Below, one piece after another: positions 25,772-38,396 of a stretch of DNA of 64,000 bases (position 1 is its first letter; each line of letters starts with the position of its first letter). A program made the translations under genes and the position numbers. Below the pieces are notes generated by a model, which made no database searches, was not told where the DNA came from, and worked only from the letters and a program-made list of their open reading frames with translations. The DNA is taken from assembly GCF_020745735.1 (NCBI RefSeq), contig NC_083426.1, positions 12,958,001 through 13,022,000 of the forward strand, read 5' to 3'. Source of the DNA: Hemiscyllium ocellatum. Lineage: Eukaryota.

Positions 25772-27982
25772 ACAAAGAACAAAGAACAAAGAAAATTTAC
25801 AGCCCAGGAACAGGCCCTGTGGCCCTCCAAGCCTGAGCAGATCCAAATCCACTGTCTAAACCTGTCGCCCAATTCCTCAGCATTTGTATCCCTCTGCTCC
25901 CCACCTACTCATGCATCTGTCCAGATGCATCTTAAATGAATCTACCGTGCCTGCCTCTACTACCTCTGCTGGCAACACATTCCAGACACCCACCAGCCTC
26001 TATGTGAAATACTTGCCACGTGTATCCACCTTAAACTTTCCACCTCTCACCTTGAAAGTATGACCTCTCGTTACTGAATCCTTAATCCTGGGAAAAAGCT
26101 TATCTCTATCTACCCTGTCTATACCCTTCATGATTTTGGAGACTTCAATCAGGTTCCTGCTCAATCTACTTATTTCTAATGGAATCAAACCTAACCTACT
26201 TAACCCTTTCTTCATAACTAGCACCTTCCATACCAGGCAACATCCTCGTAAACCTTCTCTGCACCCTCTCCAAAGTGTCCACATCCTTTTGCTAATGTGG
26301 TGACCACAACTGTACACAGTATTCTAAATGCAGCTGAACCAATGTCGTGTACAATTGTAACATGACTTGCCAGCTCTTATACTCAATACCCCGTCCGATG
26401 AAGGCAAGCATACTATATGCTGTCTTGACCACTCTATCAACCTGTGCAGCAACCTTCAGGGTACAATGGACCTGAACTCCCAGATCTCTCTGCCCATCAA
26501 CTTTTCCCAAGGCCCTTCTGTTCACTGTATAATTTGCCCTAGAATTAGTCTTGCCTAAAGGCATCACCTCACATTTGCCTGGATTGAACTCCATCTGCCA
26601 CTTCTCTGCCCAACTCTCCAGTCTATCTATATCCTCCTGTATTCTTTGACAGTCCCTTATGCTTTCTGCTACTCCACCAATCTTTGTGTCATCTGCAAAC
26701 TTGCTGATCATTTATGGATATTACAAACAACAGTGGCCCCAACACTGACCCCTGTGGAACACCACTGGTCACCTTTCTCCATTTCAAGAAACTCCCTTCA
26801 ACTACTACTCTCTGTCTCCTGTTGCTCAACCAGTTCTTTATCCATCTAGCTAGAACTCCCTGCACACCATGTGACTTGTCTTTCTCTATTAGTTTACCAT
26901 GGGGACCCTTATCAAATGCCTTACTAAAGTCCATGTATCTACATCAACAGCCCTCCCTTCATTTATCAACTTGGTCACTTCCTCAAAGAACTCTATTAAG
27001 TTGGTAAGGCACGATCTCCCCCACACGAAACCATGTTGCCTATCACTGATAAGCCCATTCCTTTCTAAATATAAATCGATCCTATCCCTCAGTACTTTCT
27101 CCAGCAACTTTCCCACCTCTGACGTCAGCCTCAATGGTCTGTAGTTACCTGGAATATCCCTACTATCCTTCTTGTACAGGGGGACAACATGAGCAACCCT
27201 CCAGTCCTCTGGCACCTCACCTGTATTTAAGGATGCTACAAAGATATCTGTCAGGGCCCCAGCTATTTCCTCTCTCGCCTACCTCAGCAACCTGGGATAG
27301 ATCCCATCCGGTCCTGGGGATTTGTCCACCTTAATAACCTCTAGCCTACCCAACACAAATTCCCTACTTATGTCAACGTGATCCAGACTAATCAAACTTC
27401 TATCTCTAATTTCAACATTCATCATGTTCCTCTCCTCAGTGAATACTTATGCAAAGTAATCATTCGGAATCTCACCTATTCTTTCAGGTTCGACACACAG
27501 CCTTCCTTCGTTATCCTTTAGTGGAGCAATCCTTTCTCTAGTTACCCGCTTGCTTCTTATATAAGAACAAAATACTTTGGGATTCTCCTTAATTCTGCTC
27601 CCTAAAGCTATTTCATGACCCCTTTTAGCCCGCTTGATTCCTCATTTAAGACTTGTCCTACTCATCTGATATTCCTCCAGGGCCCATTCTGTTCTTAGCT
27701 AATTAGACCTTATGTAAGCTTGCCTTTTCCTTTTGGCTCGTTGTACAACTTCTTCTGTCATCCATAGTTCACGAATCTTGCCTTTCCTATCCTTCCTTCA
27801 ACGGGACATGCCTATCCTGCACTATCTTTAACTATCTTTGAAAGTCTCCTATATATCAAATGTGGACTTCCCTTCAAATAGCTGTGTCCAATCCACATTT
27901 CCCAGTTCCTGCCTAATTTTGATATAATTGGTCTTGGCCTAGTTTAGTACTCTTCCCTTAGGACCATTCTCATCTTCGTCTA
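25772..27982 (-). mobile_element. CR1/HER1 LINE, 5'-truncated, nested inside the Gypsy remnant
   Basis: Frameshifted RT: PEDWRVAHVVPLYKK, YRPLRLTS, DFSKAFDK, SGVPQGSVLGPLLF, KFADDTKIGG, HLEYCVQLWSPH; (ttctttg)n tail on the minus strand. Confidence 0.95.
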
Positions 27983-27999
27983 CGAAATGTGAAAATGTT

Positions 28000-28720
28000 C
28001 CTTATTGCAGGACTTTTACTTTGATTCTGAAGTGGTGATGGTGCTGTGAGCTGTTACTGAATTGGCCACATGAATACCCCACAGACATTCTTTGCACTTG
28101 TGAGTCTGTTTAAAGTCACATCTTGTGCAACCTAACATGGCCAATGATGTTGATTCCCGCTCTTTTGACATTTTGACACTATCTTCCATAACAGGATGAA
28201 TCACTGATGTTTCCTCTCAGTTTTAGGTAACTTTGGTTTTTGCCTGCATTGCAAATTGGATTGTTTGTTCCAATCTTAAATCCTTCTTGGAATAAAGAAA
28301 CTCTGATCATTTCTCTTTCCTGACACCAACTACTATATTGTCTCTAATTAATCTATCTTTCAAAATCCTGTATACATAGCATCTTTCCAAAATGTATACA
28401 TCTGTTATAAGGTTGCTACTGATTCTCCCAAACATTGAAATCACTGATTAATTTTCTTCAGTCCCATCATTTTTTGTGTGGGAAAAGTACACATAAATGC
28501 TTTAATGAATGCGTCAAATTGGGTCGTGCTTTTCTTACGTCATATAAAAATATGGTAACCTTTAGGCATTACTGCATTGTGTGTAAGGCTGAAGCCCAGT
28601 CTATTGCACAGAAGCTGTTGCTTCAAGAGGACCCACTTCAGGCCTGCATGTTTTCCATGTTACTAAGTAGACAAGGTAATCGAAAGCTCTCTATCAGAGC
28701 TGTCATCCCTACCTACTGTT
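28000..28720 (-). mobile_element. Gypsy gag remnant with degenerate zinc knuckle
   Basis: GESVAT..TDVY.L, DRLIRDNIVVGVRKEK*SEFLYSKKDLRLEQTIQFA, and CTRC...HKCKEC...H. Confidence 0.7.
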
Positions 28721-30239
28721 ATAGTTGACTCACCTGGATGAACACCTGGTTCTTTTCTTTATTACTGTTAAAGAATTCCAATTATGTGGTTTTGCACTTC
28801 AGAATACTGTCAGTTCGTAGTTATGATGTGGAGGAGCTGGTGTTGAACTGGGGTGGACAAAGTTCAAAATCACACAACACCAGGTTGTCGTCCAACAGGT
28901 TTATTTGGAAGGAGAAAGTGAGGACTGCAGATGCTGGAGATCAGAATCGTGAGTGTGGTGCTGGAAAACACAGCAGGTCAGGCAGAGTCCAAGGAGCAAG
29001 AGAATCGACATTTCGTGCACAAGCTTGGTATCTCTTGCAAACAGTTTTAACCTTGAATCTTTGTTCTGGAGGATTTTTCCCCCGTTGTAACTTTACTTTA
29101 TGTTGGAATTTCAAGCCAACACGGTTACATGCACATTGAGATACTAGTCTGGAGTATCTAAGGCACACTGTAGCCTCTCAGACTGCTTTCTCCTTATCTC
29201 CAAAGAGAGTCTTCAACTCCTTATTTACTGTAAAACTCCTTAGTTTCCATCTGTACACAGTATGTTCTGAAATAGAGCTCTCTCCACATCCTCATTCATC
29301 ATTCTTGCTGATGTCAGAGTCATTTCATCAGTGATATTATTTTGATTTATACGACCGTCATGACAACAGCGAGGGAAATGTGAGACAGCCTCATGGTGAA
29401 AGGAAAAGGACACAAAACAAACAAAATGAGAGTGATGAAATAGAAAGAATGAAGACTGCAGAAAATGTCCCAGCTGTGCAATGCCTGTTTGTTTTCATGG
29501 CACAATAACTAGAAATGATTTGTGCACAATTGCGTTAACACAGTAACACTCGGCCTGCTGCACAGCCACACCATTTTAGAGGAAACATGGACTGGAGAAA
29601 ATCATTTCAAATCACCAACAGGAGGTAGCAACTTGTCACCCATTTCAGAAAGCATGTAGTTTGCATTTCTGTTGATTGGAAATTGATTAATTTCAATAAC
29701 AAGGAACAAATTTTTCCAATGGGAATGTTCTAAATTTAGCCTTGGAAGATAGCAGAGACAAGCCTATAGAAAAGCTAAAGCTCATGAGAAATATAATACA
29801 GTATGTTAATGTAAACAGAAAAAGTTAAACACTTTATCAAGAGCTAAAGACAAAAATAATTGTATTTAGTTTTACATTAGTGAACAGTGATTAAACAGTG
29901 AAGCAGGATTTATTATAAAATTCAATACAACTGCCTGACATAGCTCGGCAGTATTTTACCCAGCAACAAGTAACTAATATAAACCAGTTTTACATTCCAG
30001 TTTTCTTATATAATTAATTATGAAACAGCGGTTTAATTTTTTTTCTGCAACTTATGAAGTATGTACTCAATACTTTTCCAAAATTGCCTCATTACTCTCG
30101 CCTATCCTAATGTATTGTCTAATGTTGAATTAGGAAATCAAAAAGAGCAATTCAGTTTTAAGAAGCAGCATTTAATAAAAGTTGAAAATAGTTCTTCCTT
30201 CTGTTTTATTCATGATTTTTATGTTTGCATTTTTTTTAG

Positions 30240-30295
30240 ATAACAGAGAGAAGGAAACAACAATAGAAAATTCTATCCCAAAGTCAAACTCCGTG
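30240..30295 (+). CDS. Gene 1 exon 5, cytoplasmic (D)NREKETTIENSIPKSNSV
   Basis: tttttttAG| acceptor, cgtg|GTAAGG donor; 56 nt phase 1 to 0, links the TM exon to the terminal exon in frame. Confidence 0.8.
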
Positions 30296-31314
30296 GTAAG
30301 GCTACAACTTGTTGACAATGCTTTAATACTTGTGTGTTTTAATACTTGTGGAATCCATTGGCCTATGAAGTGATGTAAGGACACGATAGATATGCATGCT
30401 TTATGTATTCATCTGAAAGTCCTTCAAACCAGATATTTCAGAAGTCACGTTTAGAAACATTTCTACACACAGTCTTTGGGAAAAATTTAGAAATCTCAGC
30501 CAACAGCAGTTAATGCTAGTTCAATAGTTTATTATTAAATATGAAATTTTGCTAGATTTTTTTGGACCAAAGGAATAAAAGGAGTGACAGCAAAGTTGAG
30601 TACACAGGGAAAGTTTGCAGATCTAGGCCTGAATTTTATACTCATTTTACATGGTAGATGAGTGTGGCCCTTGCCCACATAATGGTTTTACCAGTATCCT
30701 AATGAAGGGCTTTTGCCTGAAACGTTGAATTTCCTGCTCCTCGGATGCTGCCTGACCTGCTGTGTTTTTCCAGCACCACTCTGATCTAAACTTTTACCAG
30801 AATCAGGGAAGGCACTGCACAAGTTGCTAGTCCAGTAGTTGTTCCCTTATTAAATGAAACATATTGATATATTGAAGGCAATTCAGGGAAGGCTCACGAG
30901 GATGATCCCCAGTATGGAGGGATTGTCTTATGGCTAAACAGCTTGTGACTCCAGTCACTGGAGTTGAGAAGAATGAGAGGTGATCTCATTGAAACATCTG
31001 GGATTCTTAAGGGACGTGACAGGGTAAATACTAAGAGAATGATTCTCCTCAGCATAGAATCTCTACAGAGGTGGAGGCCATTCTGCCCATCAAGTCTGCA
31101 CCTATCCTCCAAAGAGCATCCCACTCAGATCAACGCCACCCACCCTGTCCTTGCACCCCATATTTACCATGATTGTTCCACCTAGCCTGCACATCCCTGG
31201 CTCCTAGGGCAATTTAGCATGACCAATCCACCTAACCAACACATCTTCAGTTCTTTACTACAGGCCCCCAACACATCTTTACTACAGGCCCCCCAATAGC
31301 AGCAGGAAGATTGA

Positions 31315-33903
31315 AGAAAGCATAGGTCAGCAGATTTTGGAAAAGTGTGAATGTAGTAGGGTTGTTGTAATGGGTGACTTTAACTTTCCCAATATTGATT
31401 GGAACCTCCTTTGAGCAGATGGTTTGGAAGGAGCTGTTTTTGTAAGGTGTATTCAGGGGGGTTTCCTAACTCAGTACTTTGACAGGCCGACGAGGGGAGA
31501 GGCCATTTTGGATTTGGTGCTCGGCAATGAGCCGGGGCAGGTGTCAGATCTTCTGGTGGGAGAGCATTTTGGTGATAGTGACCACAACTGCCTCACATTC
31601 TACATAGCTATGGAGAAGGAGAGAAGCAGGCACAATGAGAGGATATTTAATTGGGGAAAAGGAAACTATGATACTATCAGATGTGAGTTGGGAAGCATGG
31701 ACTGGGAGCAATTGTTCCATGGAAAGGGCACAATAGATATGTGGAAACTGTTTAAGGAACAGTTGTTGCAAGTGATGCACAAATGTGTTCCTCTGAGACA
31801 GGCAAGAAGGGGTAAGATAAAGGAACCTTGGATGACGAGAGCAGAGGAGCTTCTCGTCAAAAGAAAGCTTATGTAAGGTGGAGGAAGCAAGGGTCTTGCT
31901 CAGCTCTAGAGGATTACAGGCAGGCGAGGAAGGAGCTCAAAATTGGTCTGAAGAGAGTCAGGAGAGGGCACTAAAAGGCTTGGCAGGAAGGATTAGGGAG
32001 AATCCAAAGGCATTTTACACATATGTGAGGAATAAGAGAATGATCAAAGAAAGAGTGGGGCCAATCAGGGATAGCATAGGGAACTTGTGTATAGAGTCTG
32101 AGGAGGTAGGGGAAGCCCTAAATGAGTTTTTTGCTTCTGTCTGTACTAAAGAAAAGGACCTTGTAGTGAACGAAACCACTGAGGAGCAGGTAAGCATGCT
32201 GGAACAGATAGAGTTTGAGGAAGCTGATGTGTTGAAAATTGACAAACATTAAGATTGACAAGTCACCAGGGCCAGACCAGATTTGTTCTCGGCTGCTTTG
32301 GGAAGTGAGAAATGTGATTGCTTCGCAACTTGCGAAGATCTTTGCATCCTCGCTCTCCACCGGAGTCGTACCTGAGGACTGGAGGGAGGCAAATGTAATT
32401 TCTCTCTTCAAGAAAGGAAATAGGGAAACCTCTGGCAATTATAGACCAGTCAGTCTCACGTCTGTAGTCTGCAAGGTGTTAGAAAGGATTCTGAGGGATA
32501 GGATTTATGACCATCTGGAAGAGCATGGCTTGATTAAAGGCAGTCAGTACGGCTTTGTGAGGGGCAGGTCATGCCTCACAAATCTTATTGAGTTCTTTGA
32601 GGATGTTACTAGATAAGTTGATGAGGGTCAAGCAGTGGATGTGGTGTATATGGACTTCAGCAAGGCATTTGATAAGATTCCCCATGGTAGGCTCATTCAG
32701 AAGGTCAAGAGGAATGAGATACAGAGAAATTTAGCTGTCTGGATACAGAATTGGCTGGTCAACAGAAGACAGCAACTGGTAGTGGAAGGAAGATATTCTG
32801 CCTGGAAGTCAGTGGTGGTCCACAGGGCTCTGTCCTTGGGCCTCTACGGTTTGTAAATTTTATTAATGACTTGATGAGGGGATTGAAGGTTGGGTTAGTA
32901 AGTTTGCAGACGACACAAAGTTTGGAGGAGTCGTTGACAATATAGAGCGCTGTTGTAGGCTGCAGCGGGACATTGACAGGATGCAGCGATGGACTGAGAG
33001 GTGGCAGATGGAGTTCAATCTGGATAAATGCAAAGTGATGCATTTTGGAAGGTCGAACTTGAAAGTTGAGTACAGGATTACTCAAGAAGAAGTCCTGAAG
33101 AAGGGCTCATGCCCGAAACATCGATTCTCCTGCTCTTTGGATGCTGCCTGACCTGCTGCGCTTTTCCAGCAACACATTTTCAGTACAGAATTAAAGACAG
33201 GATTCTTGGCGGTGTGGAAGAACAGCGGGATGTTGGTGTGCAGGTACATAGATCCCTTAAAATTGCCACCCAGGTGGACAGGGTTGTTAAGAAAGCATAT
33301 GGTGTTTTGGCTTTCATTGACAGGGGGACTGACTTAAGAGCCATGAGATCCTGTTGCAGCTATATAAAACTTTGGTTAGACCGCACTTGGAATACTGCAT
33401 CCAGTTCTGGTCGCCCTATTATAGGAAAGATGTGGATGCTTTGGAGAGGGTTCAGAGGAGGTTTACCAGGATGCTGCCTGGACTGGAGGGCTTATCTTAT
33501 GACGAGAGGTGGACTGAGCTCGGACTTTTTTCATTGGAAAAAAGGAAGCGAGGAGACTTAATTGAGGTGTACAAGATAATGAGAGGCATAGATAGAGTTG
33601 ATAGCCAGAAACTTTTTCCCAGGGCAGAAATGGCTAACACGAGGGGTCATAGTTTTAAGCTGTTTGGCGGAAAGTATAGAGGGGATGTCAGAGGCAGGTT
33701 CTTTATGCAGAGAGTTGTGAGAGCATGGAATGCGTTTCCAGCAGCAGTTGTGGAAGCGAGGTCATTGGGGATATTTAAGAGACTGCTGGACATGTATATG
33801 GTCACAGAACTTTGAGGGTGCATTCATGAGGATCAATGGTCGGCACAACATCATGGGCTGAAGGGCCTGTTCTGTGCTGTACTGTTCTATGTTCTATGTT
33901 CTA
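31315..33903 (+). mobile_element. CR1/HER1 LINE (endonuclease C-terminus + RT), degenerate
   Basis: GDFNFPNIDW, ILDLVLGNEPGQV, DSDHN, PEDWREANV, DFSKAFDKIPH, HLEYCIQFWSPY; (ttctatg)n tail; PLE piece inserted at ~33077-33180. Confidence 0.95.
33095..33122 (+). ncRNA. Minimal hammerhead motif (family A) in PLE piece nested in CR1
   Basis: CUGAAGA-aGGGC ucau GCCC-GAAA-CAUC; insertion flanked by gtacaggatta / gtacagaatta. Confidence 0.7.
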
Positions 33904-33954
33904 CCTCTGGACTGTGGGAGGAAACTGGAGTTCCCGATGGAAACCCATGCAGAC

Positions 33955-33978
33955 GGGGGGGGGGGGGGGGGGGGGGGG
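33955..33978. repeat. Poly-G run
   Basis: ~24 consecutive G inside a SINE fragment. Confidence 0.9.
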
Positions 33979-35317
33979 ACGTGCAAACACCACGCAGTTA
34001 TCCAAGACTGGAGTAGAACCCAGATCAATGGCACTGTGAGGCAGCTGTGATAGCCATGGTGCTACTGTCCTGCTGAGAACCAGGGGGCATAGTCACAGAA
34101 TAAATGGGGGTGAATTTAAGACTGAGATCTTCTGTCAGAGGGTTGTGAGTCTTTAGAACGACTTGGTGCAGAAAGCAGTGGGGGCAGAGTACTTGTGTAT
34201 ATGTAAGACTAAAATAGATCGATTCTTGATCAGTCGGGGAATCAAGAGTTATGGAGAAAGGGCTGGAAAGTGGACATGAGGAATGTTAGATCAGCAATGA
34301 TGATTTTGAATGGTGCAGCAGGCTTGAATGGCCTCTTCCTATTTCGTATGGTGTTAAGGTTTTAATAGAGTACCTTAAATGGACAACTGGTAAAAATGTA
34401 GCATAGCCAAAGCAGGAAACTAGGAGGGGTGGGTAAAAAAACAGTAAAAATGACAGTAATATTTGGAAATGAATGTACCAGCCCTACCAGACTTCCATTT
34501 TGAAACATGCAACATGCGTTGACTAGTGCACATCACTTACCAGTTTCATTAGTCTTTACTTCTAGATGGCAATTAATACCCATTAAAAGGCCTCATCCCA
34601 TTGCTGTCTGGATTTACCCATGGGTGCACAGCAGGGACCAGCAGGCATTTTCTCCCTGGCTGGGTATTGGCAGGCAGGGAGTATCCCTCAAATAAAAGTG
34701 AATTACAATAGAAATCTGAAATGGGCACAGATAATGCTGGAGAAACTCAGTAAGTCTGGCAACACCTGTCGAGAAAGAAACAAAGGCTCCTCCTCAGACC
34801 CTCACAAGCTCGCGAATGGGGTGGGGGGGGGGGGCATCCACTCTAATACTGCTTCAGGACTTTCTCTAATGCTGCTCTGGGTCACAAACTGCTGAAAACT
34901 CCTGGACACATGGTAGAAATATTATCAGGAAAATACAACTGCTGCTTGTCAACTTACTCCCTTGATATAGAGAGTCCTGCAGGTAGAATGGTGATTTGTA
35001 AGAATAGTGAAAACTCTATCTCTTCTCCACCTTAGAACTCTCAACTCCAAGATTCCTCCCTCTTTTTCTGATGCTTACCTGTTGTGCATGTTTCCAAGCT
35101 AGGCCTGATCTAGGTTCTGAAGCTTAGGCCTCTTCTTAGTTGGAAACAACTTTGAAAGGGAGATATATGGCCTGTAAATATGCAACCAGATCAATTGCTA
35201 AGATATCTTTATGGAGTCAAACAACTAAAGCAAGGCCCTTCAACCCATTGAATTCTCAAATTTTAAACCGTGAAGGAAGCCATGCCAATTCTGGTCATTC
35301 TAATCAAACCTTTGCAA

Positions 35318-37140
35318 CATGTAGGTCAGGAAGGCAAAAACAGGACATGAGATAGCTTTGGCAATAGAGTTGAGGAGAATCCAAAAAGATTCTAGAAGTA
35401 CATTAAGGGCAAAAGAGTAACTAAGGAGACAAAAGGCCCCATAAATATCAAAGTGGCCTCCTATGTGTGGAACCACAGGATATGGTTGAGATGTTAAACA
35501 AATATCTTGCATCAGTATTTAATGTGCAGAAGGACACGGAAACTGGGAACTTGGGAAAATAAATAGTGATGTCTTGAAAAGTGTTCATATTACAGAAGAG
35601 GAGATGCAGGAGGTCGTAAAACATGCAAAGGTAGATAAATTCCTAGGAACTGATCAGGTTTCCCAGAACTTTGTGGGAAGCTAGGGCAGAGATTGCTGGG
35701 CCCCTTGCTGAGATATTTATATCATCAATATCCATGGGTGAGGTACCAGAAGACTGGAGGTTGACTAATGTGGTGCCATTATTTAAGAAAGGCTGCAAGG
35801 AAAATTCAGGGAACTATAGACCAGTGAGCCTTACATCAATGGTGGGTTAGTTGTTGGAGGTGATTCCAAGGGATAGAATTCACATGGACTTGGAAAGGCA
35901 AAGACTGATTAGGGATAGTCATTGTGGCTTTGTGTGTGGTAAATTATGTCTCACCAACTTGGTTGAGTTTCTCAAAGAGGGTGACAAAGAAGATTGATGA
36001 AGATGGTAAACATTGTCTATAGAGACTTCAACAAAGTGTTCAACAAGATTCCACATGGTAGACTGGTAAGCAAGGTTAGATCACATGGGATCCAGGAGGT
36101 GTTATCCAATTGGATACAAAAATGGCTTGAAGGTAAGAGAGGGTTGCTTTTTGGACTGGAGGCTTGTGACCAGCAGTGAGCCATAAAGATTGGTGCTGGC
36201 TTCACTGCTTTTTGTCATTTATATATTTGATTTGGATAAGAATATTAAGGTATGGTTCATAAGCTTGCAGATGATATGAAAATAGATGGTGTAATAGACA
36301 GTGAAGAAGTTTATCTCAGAGTACAATTGGACATTGATCAGACAGGCCAATGGGCTGAGGTGTGGCAGATGGAATTTAATTTAGATAAATGCGAGGTGTG
36401 ACATTATGGTAAGGCAAATTCAGGCAGGACTTATACGGCTAACGGTAGGGCCCTAGGGAGTGTTGCCGACCAAGGAGACCCAGGGGTGCAGATGCTTATT
36501 TCCTTGAAAGTGGAGTCACAGGTAGACAGGGTGGTGAAGGAGTTGTTTGCCATGCTTGCCCTCATTGGTCATAATATTAGTAGAGGAGTTGTGATGTCAT
36601 GTTGCAGCTGTACAAGACATTGGTGAGGCTGTTTTTTTGAAAACCTCATACAACTCTGGTTGCCCTTTAATAAGAAAGATGTTGTTAAAGTTGAGAGGGT
36701 GCAGAAAAGATTTATAAGGATGTTGCCAGGAATGGACAGTTTGAGTTACAAGGAGAGGATGGGGTTATTTTTCCTTGAGCATCAGATGCTGAAAGGTAAC
36801 CATATAGAGGTTTATAAAATCATGTCAGGCATGGATAGGATAAATAACCAAAGTCTTTTTCCCCGGGGTAGGGGAGTCCAAAACTAGAAGGCATAAGTTT
36901 AAGGTGAGAGGGGGAAAGATTTTAAAAAGGATGTGAGGGATAACTTTTTCACGTGAGTGCATGCATGGAATGACCTGGCAAAGGAAATACAACTATAATA
37001 TTTAAAAGGTATCAGGATGAATATGTATGAAAGGTTTTAATGGGATATAGGCCAAATGCTGGCAAATGGGTGGAGGTCAGATTGAGATGTCTGACTGGTG
37101 CTGACAAGTTGGATGGAAAAGTAGGGTCTGTTTTCATGCT
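35318..37140 (+). mobile_element. Degenerate CR1/HER1 LINE RT region
   Basis: PEDWRL.NVVPLFKK, DFNKVFNKIPHGRL, KLADD, RVQKRFIRMLPG remnants. Confidence 0.9.
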
Positions 37141-37572
37141 GCATAAATCTATGACTTGAACTCTGACTCCTGGTCCAGAGGCAGGGCATTACCACTGCAC
37201 CACAAGGTCCTAACAATAGGCAGTAACTGATAATTTTCCTCATATGTGGATGCCCAAACTTTAACATGGTTTCTGCCCATTCTTTGAACCAGGGACTCTC
37301 TTCATGCAAAGCAACCATGATGGCCACTTGTTCAGGAACCCTTGATATAATAGCAGCACTGGAATGGTTAATATTCTTTCTAAAGACAAAGTTAATAATT
37401 AACACAAGGAGCAGTTTCTTTGCCTATTTACTGATAAGAGTTTCACAGCGAGCACCTTTTTTAAACTAAAAAAGTGCTAATTTATACCTGACCTTTCCAT
37501 TTATGTGTTTTTATGATGAATTGACTCATTCCTTCACTCTCCTCTATCATATCACAAACACTTTATCTTCAG

Positions 37573-37764
37573 TTATCAAAGGAGTTGGAAGAAGGAGTTA
37601 CGTATGCCACGGTGACGATTCAGCCCAATAATCACCCTCAAGAGGACTCTGCTGCTCACGAGAAGGTGAAAACCTCCAACAGTCAGGAAGCAATCAAGCC
37701 ATCTGTGGCCGAGCCTCCTACTTCAGAACCAATAGAGTATTCGACAATTGTATTCAAAAAGTAA
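37573..37764 (+). CDS. Gene 1 exon 6 (terminal), cytoplasmic tail with two ITIMs (VTYATV, IEYSTI)
   Basis: ctttatcttcAG| acceptor; LSKELEEGVTYATVTIQ...EPIEYSTIVFKK* open to TAA at 37762-37764; both motifs fit (I/V/L/S)xYxx(I/V/L). Confidence 0.9.
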   Translation, partial: LSKELEEGVTYATVTIQPNNHPQEDSAAHEKVKTSNSQEAIKPSVAEPPTSEPIEYSTIVFKK

Positions 37765-38390
37765 TGTTCTTCCAACATGACATCTGCAAGCTACTTTCCA
37801 CCCATTTTCTGAAAAGCGATATTCCTATGAATTGTAAATTGTTCCTTCAGGTATGAGTATAAATTGCCTTATCGTGTCCAATTAGTGCATACTGGAATAA
37901 TCCCAGGCAATATTCCTGAACTTTTCCGATACTTGCCAATGGCATGAATCCTTCCCCTCAGATGACCTTTGTGCTTCACTATCTACCTTAGTTCCTCAAG
38001 TTGGAGGGTTGTTTGGAGGGGGGGGGGGAGGGGGGGTTGGGGGGTTGGGGGGAGGGGAGTGAGCTAGTGGGTGAATCATTGCCCAGGGCAAGGAAGCAGA
38101 ATATTAAATTTAGAATTAGGAATTTCTGAGCTCATGCTCTTTTCTTTCATTTCTTTTCAAGGAACCAGTTCTTTAAATGAAGTAGGGGCTGTGGGGATAG
38201 AAAACTGGACCTATATCTCCCAAAAGGGTATTGAAGTAGGGGTCAATCCAAACACTCACATTTGAGACTGATAGTTTTTTTATTCAGAAAAGATATAAAG
38301 GTGTAATTTTGTCCTGACTCACATGCAGGCAAATGAATATTCTTTGAAATGTTTAACAATTTAGCGTAAAAAGCATTGTTGTGAACTGAT

Positions 38391-38396
38391 AATAAA
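38391..38396 (+). terminator. Candidate polyadenylation signal of gene 1
   Basis: First canonical AATAAA I found downstream of the stop codon (~630 nt). Confidence 0.4.
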
